A stretch of 64,000 nucleotides of DNA from positions 236-64,235 of the forward strand of contig CABQHT010000003.1 in NCBI GenBank assembly GCA_902464035.1, written 5' to 3'. The position numbers and the translations under genes are program-made. The notes beneath the pieces are model-generated. The model was not told where the DNA came from. It did not search any database and saw only the letters and a program-made list of their open reading frames with translations. This document shows positions 40,957-51,022 of this stretch, piece by piece. The stretch's first letter is position 1, and every line of letters begins with the position of its first letter. The DNA is from an uncultured Collinsella sp. Its GTDB lineage: Bacteria > Actinomycetota > Coriobacteriia > Coriobacteriales > Coriobacteriaceae.

Positions 40957-41949
40957 CTAATTGCGGAGGGCGTTGTCTAGGGCGGACGCTACAACCAGGG
41001 GGTTGTCGGTACCGGCGAAGAGGCGAATAGTGCTCCCCTGCTTGCCGCGTGGGGCCGAAAGGCGTGTCGTTGCGCCGCCGGCGGGCGACGTGCGGAACCC
41101 CCCCGGCAATGTGTCGAACAGCTCGCCCGCACTTCGCTCGATAAGGTCAAACTCAACTGCCGGGCCAAAGCCGTGCTCGAGGATTCCCGTTGCAACCGCA
41201 TGGTCGGGATGCGAGGTCAGCCCGGGATAGCGCACGTTGCGTACCATCTCGTTGGCGGCCAGATACTCGGCCAGCGCACGGGCGCGGTCGAAGTGGGCCT
41301 GCATGCGAGCGTCGAGCGAAGACAGCCCCCGCTCCAGCACACCGGCCTCGTCAGCAGGCAAATCAAGCTTGGCCAAGCCACAGCCCTCAAGCAGGGCATG
41401 CGTGCACTCGGCAGCGGCATCCACACGATGGCGTTTAAGCTGCGAGCGCGCCACCGAAGCGGCAACGAGCTTGCACGGAGCCTTACCGGCGCACACGCGA
41501 TCGAGCGCCTCGAGCGACAGCACCGCACCCAAGCGCAACGGATCGCACCCAAAGACGCATGCTACGGTGTTGTCCACAACCAGCAGCGCATGGGCCTCAC
41601 GTGCGGCGCGTCCTAACGCGCGCAGATCGGGCACGCGCAGTCCAAACCCGCCAATAGAGTTGACGAACCACCACAGGTGCGGCCCATCGACCTCAAACGA
41701 AGCATCAAAGCCCTCGGACGCAGCGGCAAACGCCGCAACCGACGGCTCCCCCACCATAGCCACGCCGCAGCAATCAAAACCGCAATCAAACGCTTCGGCA
41801 AAGTCATCAACAAAGGCCACCAAGCGATCACCGGGCAGCACAATCCCCAGCATCGACAGCGCCGCCGGCACATGCGAGGCCGAAACTAGACGCGCCTCAC
41901 GCGCGCCGGCCCTTGCAGCCCAGGACTCTTCTAGCTGTTGCACGTCCAC
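40957..41949 (-). CDS. Divergent Cys/Met-metabolism PLP-fold protein (cystathionine gamma-synthase-like), probably lacking the catalytic Lys
   Basis: LLVVDNT, GLSSLDARMQAH, VRYPGLTSHPDH, IRLFAG motifs. Confidence 0.75.
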   Translation of the reverse strand: MDVQQLEESWAARAGAREARLVSASHVPAALSMLGIVLPGDRLVAFVDDFAEAFDCGFDCCGVAMVGEPSVAAFAAASEGFDASFEVDGPHLWWFVNSIGGFGLRVPDLRALGRAAREAHALLVVDNTVACVFGCDPLRLGAVLSLEALDRVCAGKAPCKLVAASVARSQLKRHRVDAAAECTHALLEGCGLAKLDLPADEAGVLERGLSSLDARMQAHFDRARALAEYLAANEMVRNVRYPGLTSHPDHAVATGILEHGFGPAVEFDLIERSAGELFDTLPGGFRTSPAGGATTRLSAPRGKQGSTIRLFAGTDNPLVVASALDNALRN

Positions 41950-42031
41950 GCGACACCATCCCTTACATAAAACCAAACCAAGACTAGCCCACCCAGGTCG
42001 AGAAAACGTCAGCGCAAGCAGCGTCGAGCGG

Positions 42032-42055
42032 TCCGGCGTTCGTTAGAACGCCGGA
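42032..42055 (-). terminator. Hairpin closing the pel operon
   Basis: TCCGGCGTTC-GTTA-GAACGCCGGA, 6 nt after the DUF4956 stop; no strong T tail. Confidence 0.55.
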
Positions 42056-42061
42056 ACAAAA

Positions 42062-42727
42062 TCACCCGTGATATTCGCCGTTGTATTGGATGAGCGTCAG
42101 GTCTTCCACGCCGTCGAGCGAGCGGATGGCGTCGGCATAGGGCATATCCACACCGTCCGAGAACACCTCGACGGCCATCTCGACCTTGTCACCGCGCATC
42201 GTCTTGGATTTGACGGTGAACTTGGTGCGCCCAAATGCGCGCACGATATCGTCGCCCGTGGTCTGGCCCGTATAGTGGATGACCATCATGTACACGCGGG
42301 CCTTGTCCTGGTGCGTAGCGAAGCCGGCGATCATCACCACGATGGCTACAGCCGTAAGCCCCACGAGTGCGTACATGCCGGCACCTGCCGTAATGCCCGT
42401 GGTAATGGCCCAAAACAGATACAGCAAGTCGAGCGGGTCCTTTACCGCCGTACGGTAACGCACGATGGACAGGGCACCGACCATACCGAGCGAGATGACC
42501 ACGTTGGTCGAGATCGCGAGCGTCACCATGCACGTCAGCACGCACATGCCCACGAGCGTCACGGCAAAGCTGCGCGAATACACCACGCCGGTAAAAAAGC
42601 GCTTGTACACGTAATAGATCAGGATGCCCATGGCGAGCGCCACGAGCAGCGACAAGCCGATCTTGGCCGGGTCGACCTGACCAAACGCCTCCAAGACGGA
42701 GTTCTTAAAAAAGTCCCTGGTGCTCAT
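42062..42727 (-). CDS. DUF4956 family membrane protein (MgtC/SapB-like)
   Basis: SLGMVGALSIVRYRTAVKDPLD signature; 4-5 TM helices. Confidence 0.9.
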   Translation of the reverse strand: MSTRDFFKNSVLEAFGQVDPAKIGLSLLVALAMGILIYYVYKRFFTGVVYSRSFAVTLVGMCVLTCMVTLAISTNVVISLGMVGALSIVRYRTAVKDPLDLLYLFWAITTGITAGAGMYALVGLTAVAIVVMIAGFATHQDKARVYMMVIHYTGQTTGDDIVRAFGRTKFTVKSKTMRGDKVEMAVEVFSDGVDMPYADAIRSLDGVEDLTLIQYNGEYHG

Positions 42728-42730
42728 GGT

Positions 42731-43522
42731 CTAAATATCCCCTCGGTTCTCAAAATCCGATTCCCAGTAGTTAAAGCCGCGAAGGTAGGAGGTCTTGTCG
42801 TAGCACAGGCAGTACTTGGAGACCGCCGTGAGTTCGGCCGCGCCCGGTGGCACCATATCGCGCACGAGCTGCGGGCAAAACTCCGTAAACTTGACCTCCA
42901 TAACCAGCTTGCCCGGTTCCAAGACCGGCAGGGCGGGCAGCGTCGCGTCAAAGATATCGAAGCTCCCCACCGCGGCGCGCACGTTCATGTCAAACGTAAT
43001 GCGTACGGTGCCCTCGTCCATCACCCACGGCTCGCGCTCGTAATCCACAATGGTGCGCGGGCGCATCATATTGCAGATGCACTCGATGTAGAACTCGCGG
43101 CACAGCTGGTGTGGACTGCGCAGCAAAAAGTCGTAGTCGCCAGCCAGGATCTGCTCAAACTCGCCACGCGTGAGCGGCGCGTCTTCCTTGTAAATCCAGC
43201 TGCCGTACTTCTTTTTGCGCTCGAGCTTAATCACCTTGTCGCTGCCGTTATAGATGCGCACGCGATACTTTTTGCGCATGAGAATACCGGCGTCTTTTTC
43301 CTCGTAGGCCGAGTTGCAGTAGTCGTCAAAGTACAGGCTGCGAATGGTATAACCGCCCGCCTGCGCATGCTTGTCCAGCTTAAACACCGGCGCCATGCGA
43401 CAGGCAAGCGCGGCGTGCTCGCCCTCGTTAATGAGATATTTGAGCTCGTGGCGGTAACGCTCCTGCGTGGCACGCACAGGCGGAGCCGCCAGGCGCTCAA
43501 GCAGCGCGCTAGCCCTCCTCAT
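42731..43522 (-). CDS. VTC (polyphosphate polymerase / TTM) domain protein
   Basis: RHELKY, IRSLYFD, KYRVRIY, YEREP, RITFD, MEVKF, SKY motifs. Confidence 0.9.
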   Translation of the reverse strand: MRRASALLERLAAPPVRATQERYRHELKYLINEGEHAALACRMAPVFKLDKHAQAGGYTIRSLYFDDYCNSAYEEKDAGILMRKKYRVRIYNGSDKVIKLERKKKYGSWIYKEDAPLTRGEFEQILAGDYDFLLRSPHQLCREFYIECICNMMRPRTIVDYEREPWVMDEGTVRITFDMNVRAAVGSFDIFDATLPALPVLEPGKLVMEVKFTEFCPQLVRDMVPPGAAELTAVSKYCLCYDKTSYLRGFNYWESDFENRGDI

Positions 43523-45278
43523 ACGTGTCCTCCACGACCTTGCCGCCGTCTTGCACGTAGAAACACTTCATGCCGTACTGCTTGCCATCGTCGGTCACGT
43601 AGTAATCAAACGCATCCTGCGTATAGCCGTCGGAGTTGGTGGCGCGCACACGCACAAAATACTGGCCGGTGTCGGGCGCATCACAGGTCACCTCGGGCAG
43701 CAGCACGTCCTCAGCCTTAAAGACCACGTCGGCTATGGCGTAGTCGCGCGCCAGCTCCACGGTGTAGCGAATGTCGCGCGCCTCAAAGTCGTATGCGGCG
43801 TCCCAGTTAACGCGCAGCTTACCGTTGTCGATCTGCGGCGCGCCTATGTAGAACGGCATGGGCTTCTTATAGCTCTCGCGATAGCTTTTGTAGTTCTCCT
43901 CGATCTCGGATGGGATCGCCGCGGCGATCTGCTCGTACTCATCCTTGGTCACAGGCAGATGGTCGATATCGGGAGACGCAAATACCAACGACTCGGTCAC
44001 TTCGCGGTAATGCTTGATCATCTTGGTCAAGCGCTCCTCGGTCAGGTACGAGCGCACGTCCTTGACGGCGTCGTCGAGCTCGCTGCGGAACGACTTACTC
44101 TTTAGAGCGCGCCTGAACAGAACATTGACCCAGTAGTTGCTAACGCCGCGCTCCCAGCTCGAATAATCCGTATGATCGTGGAGCTCGAGCTCACGCTTGC
44201 GAAGCATACCGTCGTTATCCCAATCCAAGAAGTACCAGACCTTGGAATTGAGTGGGCTATACAAGTAGAAGTTGCGGTTCTGCGTGTCGCAGTTGCCCGT
44301 CAGGAGCTGAAACGCCAGCCAATAGACCAGGTTCTCGATATCGAAATACTCGGCAAGCACATCGTCGATTTTTTGCGAATCATCGTTGAGCGCATCGAGC
44401 ATCTCAATGAGCTTCGAATGGTCGGAATCACCCTTCGTTTCCAGCAAATAATCAAAATCTGCCTGGTTGAACGTTGGATCATCGGCCATTTTGATAATGT
44501 CCTTGTAGCGCTCAAACTCAAAGTTATTCACCTTATACAGGTGCCCGCTCTTATCGAGCCCATGTGCCTTAAGCGCCGTCTTGTTAAGCTGCTCCACCTG
44601 CGTAAACAGGCCGTAGTCCTCAAAGGTGTCGTTAGATTTTTCGGTCTGGTCGCACACCCACAGGTGCACAAACTGCGTGCGTAGGCCCATCATCTGCGGG
44701 ATACCGCGGATAAGGTCATAGGCCATCTTATTGCGAAAGCGCAGGCCCTCGCTCATATGCTTATTGAGCGCGATGGAACGCTGCTGTCGCCATGTACCTT
44801 TTCCGCGCTTAAGCTCAACCTTATAGTTCTTCTGAACGCCCTTACTCGAGGACTGACCACGCACCTGCACGGTGGCGTTGGGCGCTTCCTCGCCGTAACC
44901 GACCTCCCCCGCCACGGGACCTTTATCGTCGCCCGGCTGAAGTAGACCCAAAACCTGATAGCGCTCGACATCCATAGCCTGATAGTCATACACCGAGTAC
45001 GTATTGATCTCGGCCCACGAATGGTCGGTATTCTCGGAGCTGTTGCCGCGAGAGACCGTCAGATACATGCACACGATGCCCGAATCGTCGTAGACCTCGT
45101 ACAGGTCGTCCTTATCGCGCAGGTGCTTGGTATCGCTGGATGCATCGGCCTTTTTAATCTTGCCCTGCTTCTTGGCCTTTTTGGTCGAGGATTCGTCCTG
45201 CGACGAGCAGCCCGAAAGCAGCAGCGTGCCGGCAGCCGCCTCAATCAGGCGGCGACGCGATATCATCCTATCGGTCAT
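43509..45278 (-). CDS. CotH family kinase, predicted Tat-exported lipoprotein with C-terminal FN3-like domain
   Basis: SRRRLI twin-Arg and LSGC lipobox; VRGQSS...KNYKV, YGLFTQVEQ, NFYLY...WDND motifs. Confidence 0.88.
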   Translation of the reverse strand: MTDRMISRRRLIEAAAGTLLLSGCSSQDESSTKKAKKQGKIKKADASSDTKHLRDKDDLYEVYDDSGIVCMYLTVSRGNSSENTDHSWAEINTYSVYDYQAMDVERYQVLGLLQPGDDKGPVAGEVGYGEEAPNATVQVRGQSSSKGVQKNYKVELKRGKGTWRQQRSIALNKHMSEGLRFRNKMAYDLIRGIPQMMGLRTQFVHLWVCDQTEKSNDTFEDYGLFTQVEQLNKTALKAHGLDKSGHLYKVNNFEFERYKDIIKMADDPTFNQADFDYLLETKGDSDHSKLIEMLDALNDDSQKIDDVLAEYFDIENLVYWLAFQLLTGNCDTQNRNFYLYSPLNSKVWYFLDWDNDGMLRKRELELHDHTDYSSWERGVSNYWVNVLFRRALKSKSFRSELDDAVKDVRSYLTEERLTKMIKHYREVTESLVFASPDIDHLPVTKDEYEQIAAAIPSEIEENYKSYRESYKKPMPFYIGAPQIDNGKLRVNWDAAYDFEARDIRYTVELARDYAIADVVFKAEDVLLPEVTCDAPDTGQYFVRVRATNSDGYTQDAFDYYVTDDGKQYGMKCFYVQDGGKVVEDTYEEG

Positions 45279-46812
45279 CAGGACCTCCCCAATGTTTTAG
45301 ATACACGCAAACCACCGTGCGCTCAAACGCACCATGCGGTTCGCCCTCAAGACGCCGCCCCTCGTAGCGCTGCTCGGCACGATCGAGTATGTGGCCCAGC
45401 TCGGTAAACCAACCCTCTTTGTCGGTCGCCACAATGGGCTGCTGACTCAGGATACGATACGGCAAGTTGGCAGTATAGGTATCGAGCCGCATCAGCGCCA
45501 CGACAAAAAACACTGCCGCGCCCAGCAAAAAGCCAAAGCCGTAAAACTGCTGCGGAAAAAACTGCGAGACAACCGTTGCCAGCCCCGCCACACCCGCGAA
45601 CAGCCCCGAGGCCAGCACGGCGCCCTTGTAGTCGGTAAAGTACAGCAAGATGAGCAGAATCGTGTTGCCCACGGCATACAGGCCATAACCCACGCACAGC
45701 GTGCGGAAATACCCGTGCATCAGGTTGTTAAAGCCGAGCGGCAGGGCCGAAAGCACCGTGGTCTCGAGCGAGATCACCGCCGCCGTCACAAACAGCTGCT
45801 TGAGCGCGCAAAACCGCAGTTCCCGATTGAGCGTAGCGAGCATCTCCTCCTCGGCCACCATAATGTCGCCCACCACGCCGCCGTCGTTAAACAGGCTGTA
45901 GTACTCGCGGTAGCGCGGATAGAAATTGACCTCGACCGACACCACAAAGTTGACGGTCGTGACGAGTATCGTCAAAAAGGCGATGAGCGCCGGAACGTCG
46001 TGGTAGGGCGCGCCGTAAAACAGCCCCTTGACCTGCACACCAATCGGTCCTGCCCAAATAATGACCAGGTGGGCAAAGAGTCCCAAATTGGTGAAGAGCC
46101 CTGTGAGCGCGAGCGGCATAAACTGGTCGAGCCAATGCAAAAAGCGCCAGGGGCTGCAATCGTTCTGCGGAAAATAGCTGTACAGCAGCACGACGTCCCA
46201 AACGAGCATGACCCCGTAACCCAACGCAATGCTCGCAAGTAAGCCCTCGACGGGCGGCAGGCACAGCGCTAGAGCTCCCAGAGCGCACAGGCACGCCACG
46301 CCAATGGCGGCGGCGAAGCTACACAGAATGCCCTGATAGTCCTTGATGGCCGTGAGGTAGCTCATGCCGTTCCAGTTGACAATCATGATGTTGAACAGGA
46401 ACAGGCACAGCAGCCCCTGCAGCAGTGTGGCGCCCGAGAACAGCAGAAAGATGCCGTAGAGCACGGTACCCGCGACGAGCATGATGGCATTGGAGCCCCA
46501 AAACGAAGGCAGGATCTCGTCCTCGCGCTCGGCAAAGAGCATATCGGCCAAAAAGCGCGTGACCGGCATGGAGAAAAAGCTCGTCAGCACGAGCGAAGCC
46601 AGCAGCGTGTACGTCACCATGCACACCAGCAGGTCTTGGTTGGCACGGTCCACGCCCCACGCGCCGCACAGCATCAGAATGCCCACCTGCAGCAACACGC
46701 CCAACAGCATGGGGCCCGTGCACACAATGCCGGCGTAGCCATAGGCGCGCATCGTCGCAAACAGACCCTTACGCTTAAACAGACGCTTGAGCTCAAATCC
46801 GATTCCGGCCAT
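45268..46812 (-). CDS. pelG: Pel exopolysaccharide transporter PelG
   Basis: MAGIGFELKRL N-terminus, VEVNFY, multi-TM. Confidence 0.93.
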   Translation of the reverse strand: MAGIGFELKRLFKRKGLFATMRAYGYAGIVCTGPMLLGVLLQVGILMLCGAWGVDRANQDLLVCMVTYTLLASLVLTSFFSMPVTRFLADMLFAEREDEILPSFWGSNAIMLVAGTVLYGIFLLFSGATLLQGLLCLFLFNIMIVNWNGMSYLTAIKDYQGILCSFAAAIGVACLCALGALALCLPPVEGLLASIALGYGVMLVWDVVLLYSYFPQNDCSPWRFLHWLDQFMPLALTGLFTNLGLFAHLVIIWAGPIGVQVKGLFYGAPYHDVPALIAFLTILVTTVNFVVSVEVNFYPRYREYYSLFNDGGVVGDIMVAEEEMLATLNRELRFCALKQLFVTAAVISLETTVLSALPLGFNNLMHGYFRTLCVGYGLYAVGNTILLILLYFTDYKGAVLASGLFAGVAGLATVVSQFFPQQFYGFGFLLGAAVFFVVALMRLDTYTANLPYRILSQQPIVATDKEGWFTELGHILDRAEQRYEGRRLEGEPHGAFERTVVCVYLKHWGGPDDR

Positions 46813-46815
46813 CGG

Positions 46816-48243
46816 CTACACCCCCTTCTTGGGCAGGTTAAACGCGCGGGCCGTCTCGGCGTACAGCGCGCGGTAGTTGGCGAGCATCTGCTCGTGCAGA
46901 TAGTAGGTCGCCACGCGACGCTGACCGCGCTCCCCCATCTCCAGACGGCGTGCACGGCTCGCGCACATGCGCTCCATGGCGTCGGCCAGGCCCTTGCGGT
47001 ACATGGGCGGGCTCACAAAACCCGCCACGCCAAAGTCATCGCCCGGGGCGCCTTCGAGCAGCTCGCGGCAACAGCCCACCTCGGTCGTCACGCAGGGGCG
47101 GCGCGCTGCAAGCGACTCCAGCACGCTGAGCGGCTGGCCCTCGGAGATGCTCGTCAGAATGGTAAAGTCGAGCTTTTCCATGTACTCGACCACGTTGACG
47201 CGCCCGGTAAAGATCAGATCGCGCACGCCCAGGGTATCGACCAGCGCGTGGCACTCGGCACCGTACTCCTCGTCGTCCACGCCGCCCATGATGTGCAGGC
47301 GCACCTTGGGCAGGCGCTCGTGCAGCTCAAAGAAGGCGTAGATCATGGTCTTGACGTCCTTGATGGGCGCCAGACGCACCACGGCGCCAATGTCCACCCA
47401 GCCGTCATCGGACTTAAGGGGAATGTCCTTAAAGCGGTCAAACTGGATGCCATTGGGAATGACCAGGCACTTGGATGCGTCGCAGCCCATGTCGGTCTGC
47501 GTCTTGCGGGCGTTGTGGAACAGGCTCGTCACGCGGAAGGCGCGGCGGTAGATCTCCTCGGACAGCACGTAGAAAAAGCGAATCCAGCGGTCCTTAAACG
47601 AGGGCACCACCCAGTCGGCGCGAATGATCTCTTCCTCGCGCTCGCGCGTGTAGATGCCGTGCTCGGTCAGCAGCACCGGCGCGTTGTGAACGCTCGAGCC
47701 CAGACAGGCAAGCAGACCGCCGTAACCGGTCGAGATCGCGTGGTACACGTCCGCCACCGGCACCTCACTGCCCAGCAGGTACAGCACGGGCAGTAACATA
47801 GAGCGCATGGTGTGGAAGGCATCGGCAAACGGAACGTAGGGGTACTCGGCCAGGCACACGTCGCGGAAGATGTCCATAAACGCGCGACTCTGTAAAAACG
47901 AGAGCGGGTGAACACGGCGACGCTGGAAGATGTCGAATAGCACGTCCCAGTCCGGGTTGGAGAGCGACACCAGACGGCGCAACGCCTCGCGCTCACGAGC
48001 GTTAAAGCTGGCTTCGTGCTGCTCGCCCGAAAGACGAAGGGCGTCGTCCAAAAACACCTCGTGCACCTCGACGACGTTCTTGGGCAGCTCGTAAACAAAC
48101 TTGCCGCGGTCGGCGGCATGCGCGCCGATCACCCACAGCACAAACTCGTGCTCGGGCATGGATTGGATGTAGCCGTGCATCCAGGTGGACACGCCACCGT
48201 GCACATAGGGGTAGCAGCCCTCGAGCACCAAGCAGATTCTCAT
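46816..48243 (-). CDS. pelF: GT4 glycosyltransferase PelF
   Basis: EGCYPYVHGGVSTW, TEHGIYTRERE, PIKDVKT, SISEGQPL. Confidence 0.95.
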   Translation of the reverse strand: MRICLVLEGCYPYVHGGVSTWMHGYIQSMPEHEFVLWVIGAHAADRGKFVYELPKNVVEVHEVFLDDALRLSGEQHEASFNAREREALRRLVSLSNPDWDVLFDIFQRRRVHPLSFLQSRAFMDIFRDVCLAEYPYVPFADAFHTMRSMLLPVLYLLGSEVPVADVYHAISTGYGGLLACLGSSVHNAPVLLTEHGIYTREREEEIIRADWVVPSFKDRWIRFFYVLSEEIYRRAFRVTSLFHNARKTQTDMGCDASKCLVIPNGIQFDRFKDIPLKSDDGWVDIGAVVRLAPIKDVKTMIYAFFELHERLPKVRLHIMGGVDDEEYGAECHALVDTLGVRDLIFTGRVNVVEYMEKLDFTILTSISEGQPLSVLESLAARRPCVTTEVGCCRELLEGAPGDDFGVAGFVSPPMYRKGLADAMERMCASRARRLEMGERGQRRVATYYLHEQMLANYRALYAETARAFNLPKKGV

Positions 48244-50120
48244 CGGTCGCCACCCTCCCTGCGCTCAATCGTCACCGTTTTGTCCGTCGCCTTGATCAGG
48301 TACAGGTTGCCCGTCAGATGCGTTATCTCGCCACCGGACACCGAGCCCGGCTCGCCGTTATTGGCACGGAACATGAACCATGCCTCGTCATGGAAGTTGC
48401 CCAGGCTGAGCGTCCAGGCATCGTCGCTCGTATCCACGTTCACCGTCACGGACGAATAACGCTGTATGGCACCCGAGCACTCTGATCCCGTCTGGTGGCG
48501 CAGGTCGGGCGCCGACGTGGTAAGCCAGTCCAGGTAGTCGGTCAGGCCTCCTTTGTAAACCTCCCATCCCTCCTTGGCGCCGCGGTCGGGATCCAGCAGG
48601 TCATCCGGGTGCATAAAGTGCGTGCTCACGTAGTGCATATTGAGCTCGGACACCGCAGCCAAACGCATGTAGGTATCGTCGACCATGCCGCCCGAGACAA
48701 TGCGCGGCTGCTCCACGATGCCATCGCTTGCCACGCCAAACTCCTGCACGTAGGGCAGATCGGTTCCGTCCTCAAAATACGTACTGGCAATGGTCTTAAT
48801 GCGCGACACGTCCTCGCCAATGATCTTGCGGGCGCGGGCCGAAAGGATATTCGACGGCGGCACATAAACCGAGCCGTGCGCATTGGGCAGGACGTCGTCT
48901 TGGAAGGCGATGAGCTCGTTGAGCGCCGCGACGAGCGTGTCCTTGTTCTTCCACGTTTTGTAGCCATACAGCGTGCCGTAGTCGGTATCCGAAAGCGCGA
49001 GCGGCTGATGGTTGTAACCGTGAAAGCCCAGCTCGCCGCCCATCTGCAGCAGCATGCCGCCAAAGTAGCGGAACTGCGTGGTGTCCGCCTGACGCACCGG
49101 CTCGACCTGGTTGACCACGTCTTCGTAGTTCTCGATCATCACGCCCGTGTAGCGAATGTCGTACTTCTGCGCGAGCTTTTGCAGATCGGGCCACCACACC
49201 TTGGTATAGAAATCGGCAATGGAAAGGCCATAGTCGCGCTTGATGTAGGTGCCGTCGCCCGAGGGCACGGGGCTCGGAAAGTCGTCCAAGTAGAACACGG
49301 CGCTGTTGATGACCGGGTAGGCTGTGGCATCACCCAACAGGCTGATCGCCGCAGCGTAAAAGCCACGCATGACCTTGCTGTAAATGCCAATGTTGCACAC
49401 CACGGTATGTCCGCTGCCACAATCGCTCGACCAAACAAGGGGCGCGCCCGTATCGCCGGTTTTGGCCCACACATGCGCCGTCTCGCGCAGTGAAACCAGC
49501 AGCGACGATTTAAAGGGATCCGAGAGCTCGTAGCGTTGGCCACCGCCCAGCATAAAGTCTTTACTCGGGACGATGCTTTCGGCAGTGGTGTACTCATAAC
49601 CCACGGTATCGATACCCAACTTGGGCGCAATCGCCTGCAAGTAACCGGAGTTCTCCGGGGTCATGGCGAGCATCAGCGAACCGCCGGCGCTCACCCAGCT
49701 CATAAGGTCGGTGAGGTGCGTGCCCAGCGCGTCGAGTGAGGGCATCAGTACGATCACGCGGTCAAACGACGTAAGCGAGGGAATCGCATCCGCGCTATCG
49801 GTGGCGATATCCACGTCACGATGTGCGATCTTCATATCGAGCAGAATCTGGTCGAACTGCTCCTTGACGTCCTCGACGCCGTCCTGGTCCGAGTCACTAA
49901 TGACCAGGCACGTAGGCTTTTGGCCAAAGATTGCCGAGCTTGCGGGCTTGGCATCAGTGGCGGCAAGCATGCCAAGCTTGTGCTGCCCTGCGCTGTATTG
50001 CACGCCGGCGCGCTCAATCAACAGGACAGCGGCCATGGCGATAAAGACCGTCCACACCACGAGCAGCCCCATCCAGCGAAAATGGCCCGCACGGTCGCGG
50101 ACATGTTGCACCACGCTCAT
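48240..50120 (-). CDS. DUF2194 polysaccharide deacetylase-like protein (Gram-positive PelA-DA)
   Basis: N-terminal TM; FYLDDFPSP, GFHGYNHQPL, YVPPSN, HFMHPDD. Confidence 0.88.
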   Translation of the reverse strand: MSVVQHVRDRAGHFRWMGLLVVWTVFIAMAAVLLIERAGVQYSAGQHKLGMLAATDAKPASSAIFGQKPTCLVISDSDQDGVEDVKEQFDQILLDMKIAHRDVDIATDSADAIPSLTSFDRVIVLMPSLDALGTHLTDLMSWVSAGGSLMLAMTPENSGYLQAIAPKLGIDTVGYEYTTAESIVPSKDFMLGGGQRYELSDPFKSSLLVSLRETAHVWAKTGDTGAPLVWSSDCGSGHTVVCNIGIYSKVMRGFYAAAISLLGDATAYPVINSAVFYLDDFPSPVPSGDGTYIKRDYGLSIADFYTKVWWPDLQKLAQKYDIRYTGVMIENYEDVVNQVEPVRQADTTQFRYFGGMLLQMGGELGFHGYNHQPLALSDTDYGTLYGYKTWKNKDTLVAALNELIAFQDDVLPNAHGSVYVPPSNILSARARKIIGEDVSRIKTIASTYFEDGTDLPYVQEFGVASDGIVEQPRIVSGGMVDDTYMRLAAVSELNMHYVSTHFMHPDDLLDPDRGAKEGWEVYKGGLTDYLDWLTTSAPDLRHQTGSECSGAIQRYSSVTVNVDTSDDAWTLSLGNFHDEAWFMFRANNGEPGSVSGGEITHLTGNLYLIKATDKTVTIERREGGDR

Positions 50121-51022
50121 CGTGCCTCCTCCCCATCGCGCCAAAATGCCAGCTTCTCGCGGTTGTCGGCATTCAAATACACATGCTGCTTGTCGATCGC
50201 GTCGATCACCTGTTGCACGCCCTCGCCATCGTGGCGCGTCACGGCAAGACGCAGGCAAAGCATCCACGCCTCCTGTTCGTCCGGCGCATCTGCCACAAGC
50301 TGCGTGGTCACGGCCTCGGCCTCGTCCAGCTCGCCAGCATCGGCCAACGCCGTGGCGTAGCGAATGCGCAGCGCCGTCCCGTCCTCGCGCTCGCAACGAC
50401 GCGCGAGCAGGCGGGCATACTGCTGGCGCTGAATCTGCGCCACGCGCCCCTCGGCCAGACCAGAGGCCAAATAGTCACCAAGGTAGTCACAGTACTCATC
50501 CAGATTTTGCGCGCTGGGATCGGCCTTAAACGCACGCTCCAGCTGCTGCAGCTTGAGGTCGGACTCCTTGGAGATCTGCGCCACGGCCGTCGCGGCATAG
50601 TGCGCGACCTCGACGTCATCGTTGAGCTTAGCGGCCTGGAGCTGCGCCAGATAGGCGCCCGGGTCCTCGGTGAGCATAGAGAGCATAAGGCGCCGGCGGT
50701 CGCCCGCGTCATTGACGATGAGCGCCTCCTCGAGCGGCACCACGCCGGCATCGGCCTCGCGGCGCTGAACCTGCACGCCGCGACGTATATCGTCCTGTAA
50801 GCGAAGCGATTCCAACGCGCTGGCACGAGACGCGTCGCCACATGCCTGGTCGCGTGCGCAGAGCAGTACCACCAGCAACGGGCCCCACAACGGCACGAGC
50901 ACCATCACGGGCAGCATGTGTCCGCGGACCGGTAGCAGGCCCACCTTCATAAGCGTCCAGAGCACCAGGCACACCAGCGTGTGGATTATCAATAAGAACA
51001 CGGCGGCAACAAGCGAGATCAA
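50117..51022 (-). CDS. PelE-like membrane-anchored TPR/helical protein
   Basis: Two N-terminal TM helices; VVPLEEAL, NDDVEVAHYAATA; position between pelD and pelA. Confidence 0.8.
   Translation of the reverse strand: MISLVAAVFLLIIHTLVCLVLWTLMKVGLLPVRGHMLPVMVLVPLWGPLLVVLLCARDQACGDASRASALESLRLQDDIRRGVQVQRREADAGVVPLEEALIVNDAGDRRRLMLSMLTEDPGAYLAQLQAAKLNDDVEVAHYAATAVAQISKESDLKLQQLERAFKADPSAQNLDEYCDYLGDYLASGLAEGRVAQIQRQQYARLLARRCEREDGTALRIRYATALADAGELDEAEAVTTQLVADAPDEQEAWMLCLRLAVTRHDGEGVQQVIDAIDKQHVYLNADNREKLAFWRDGEEAR

Noticed and set aside
50121..50396. Extension of the DUF2194 ORF to 718 aa
   Set aside because: It overlaps the pelE-like gene; ATG 50120 has an SD and a 4-bp overlap with the upstream stop
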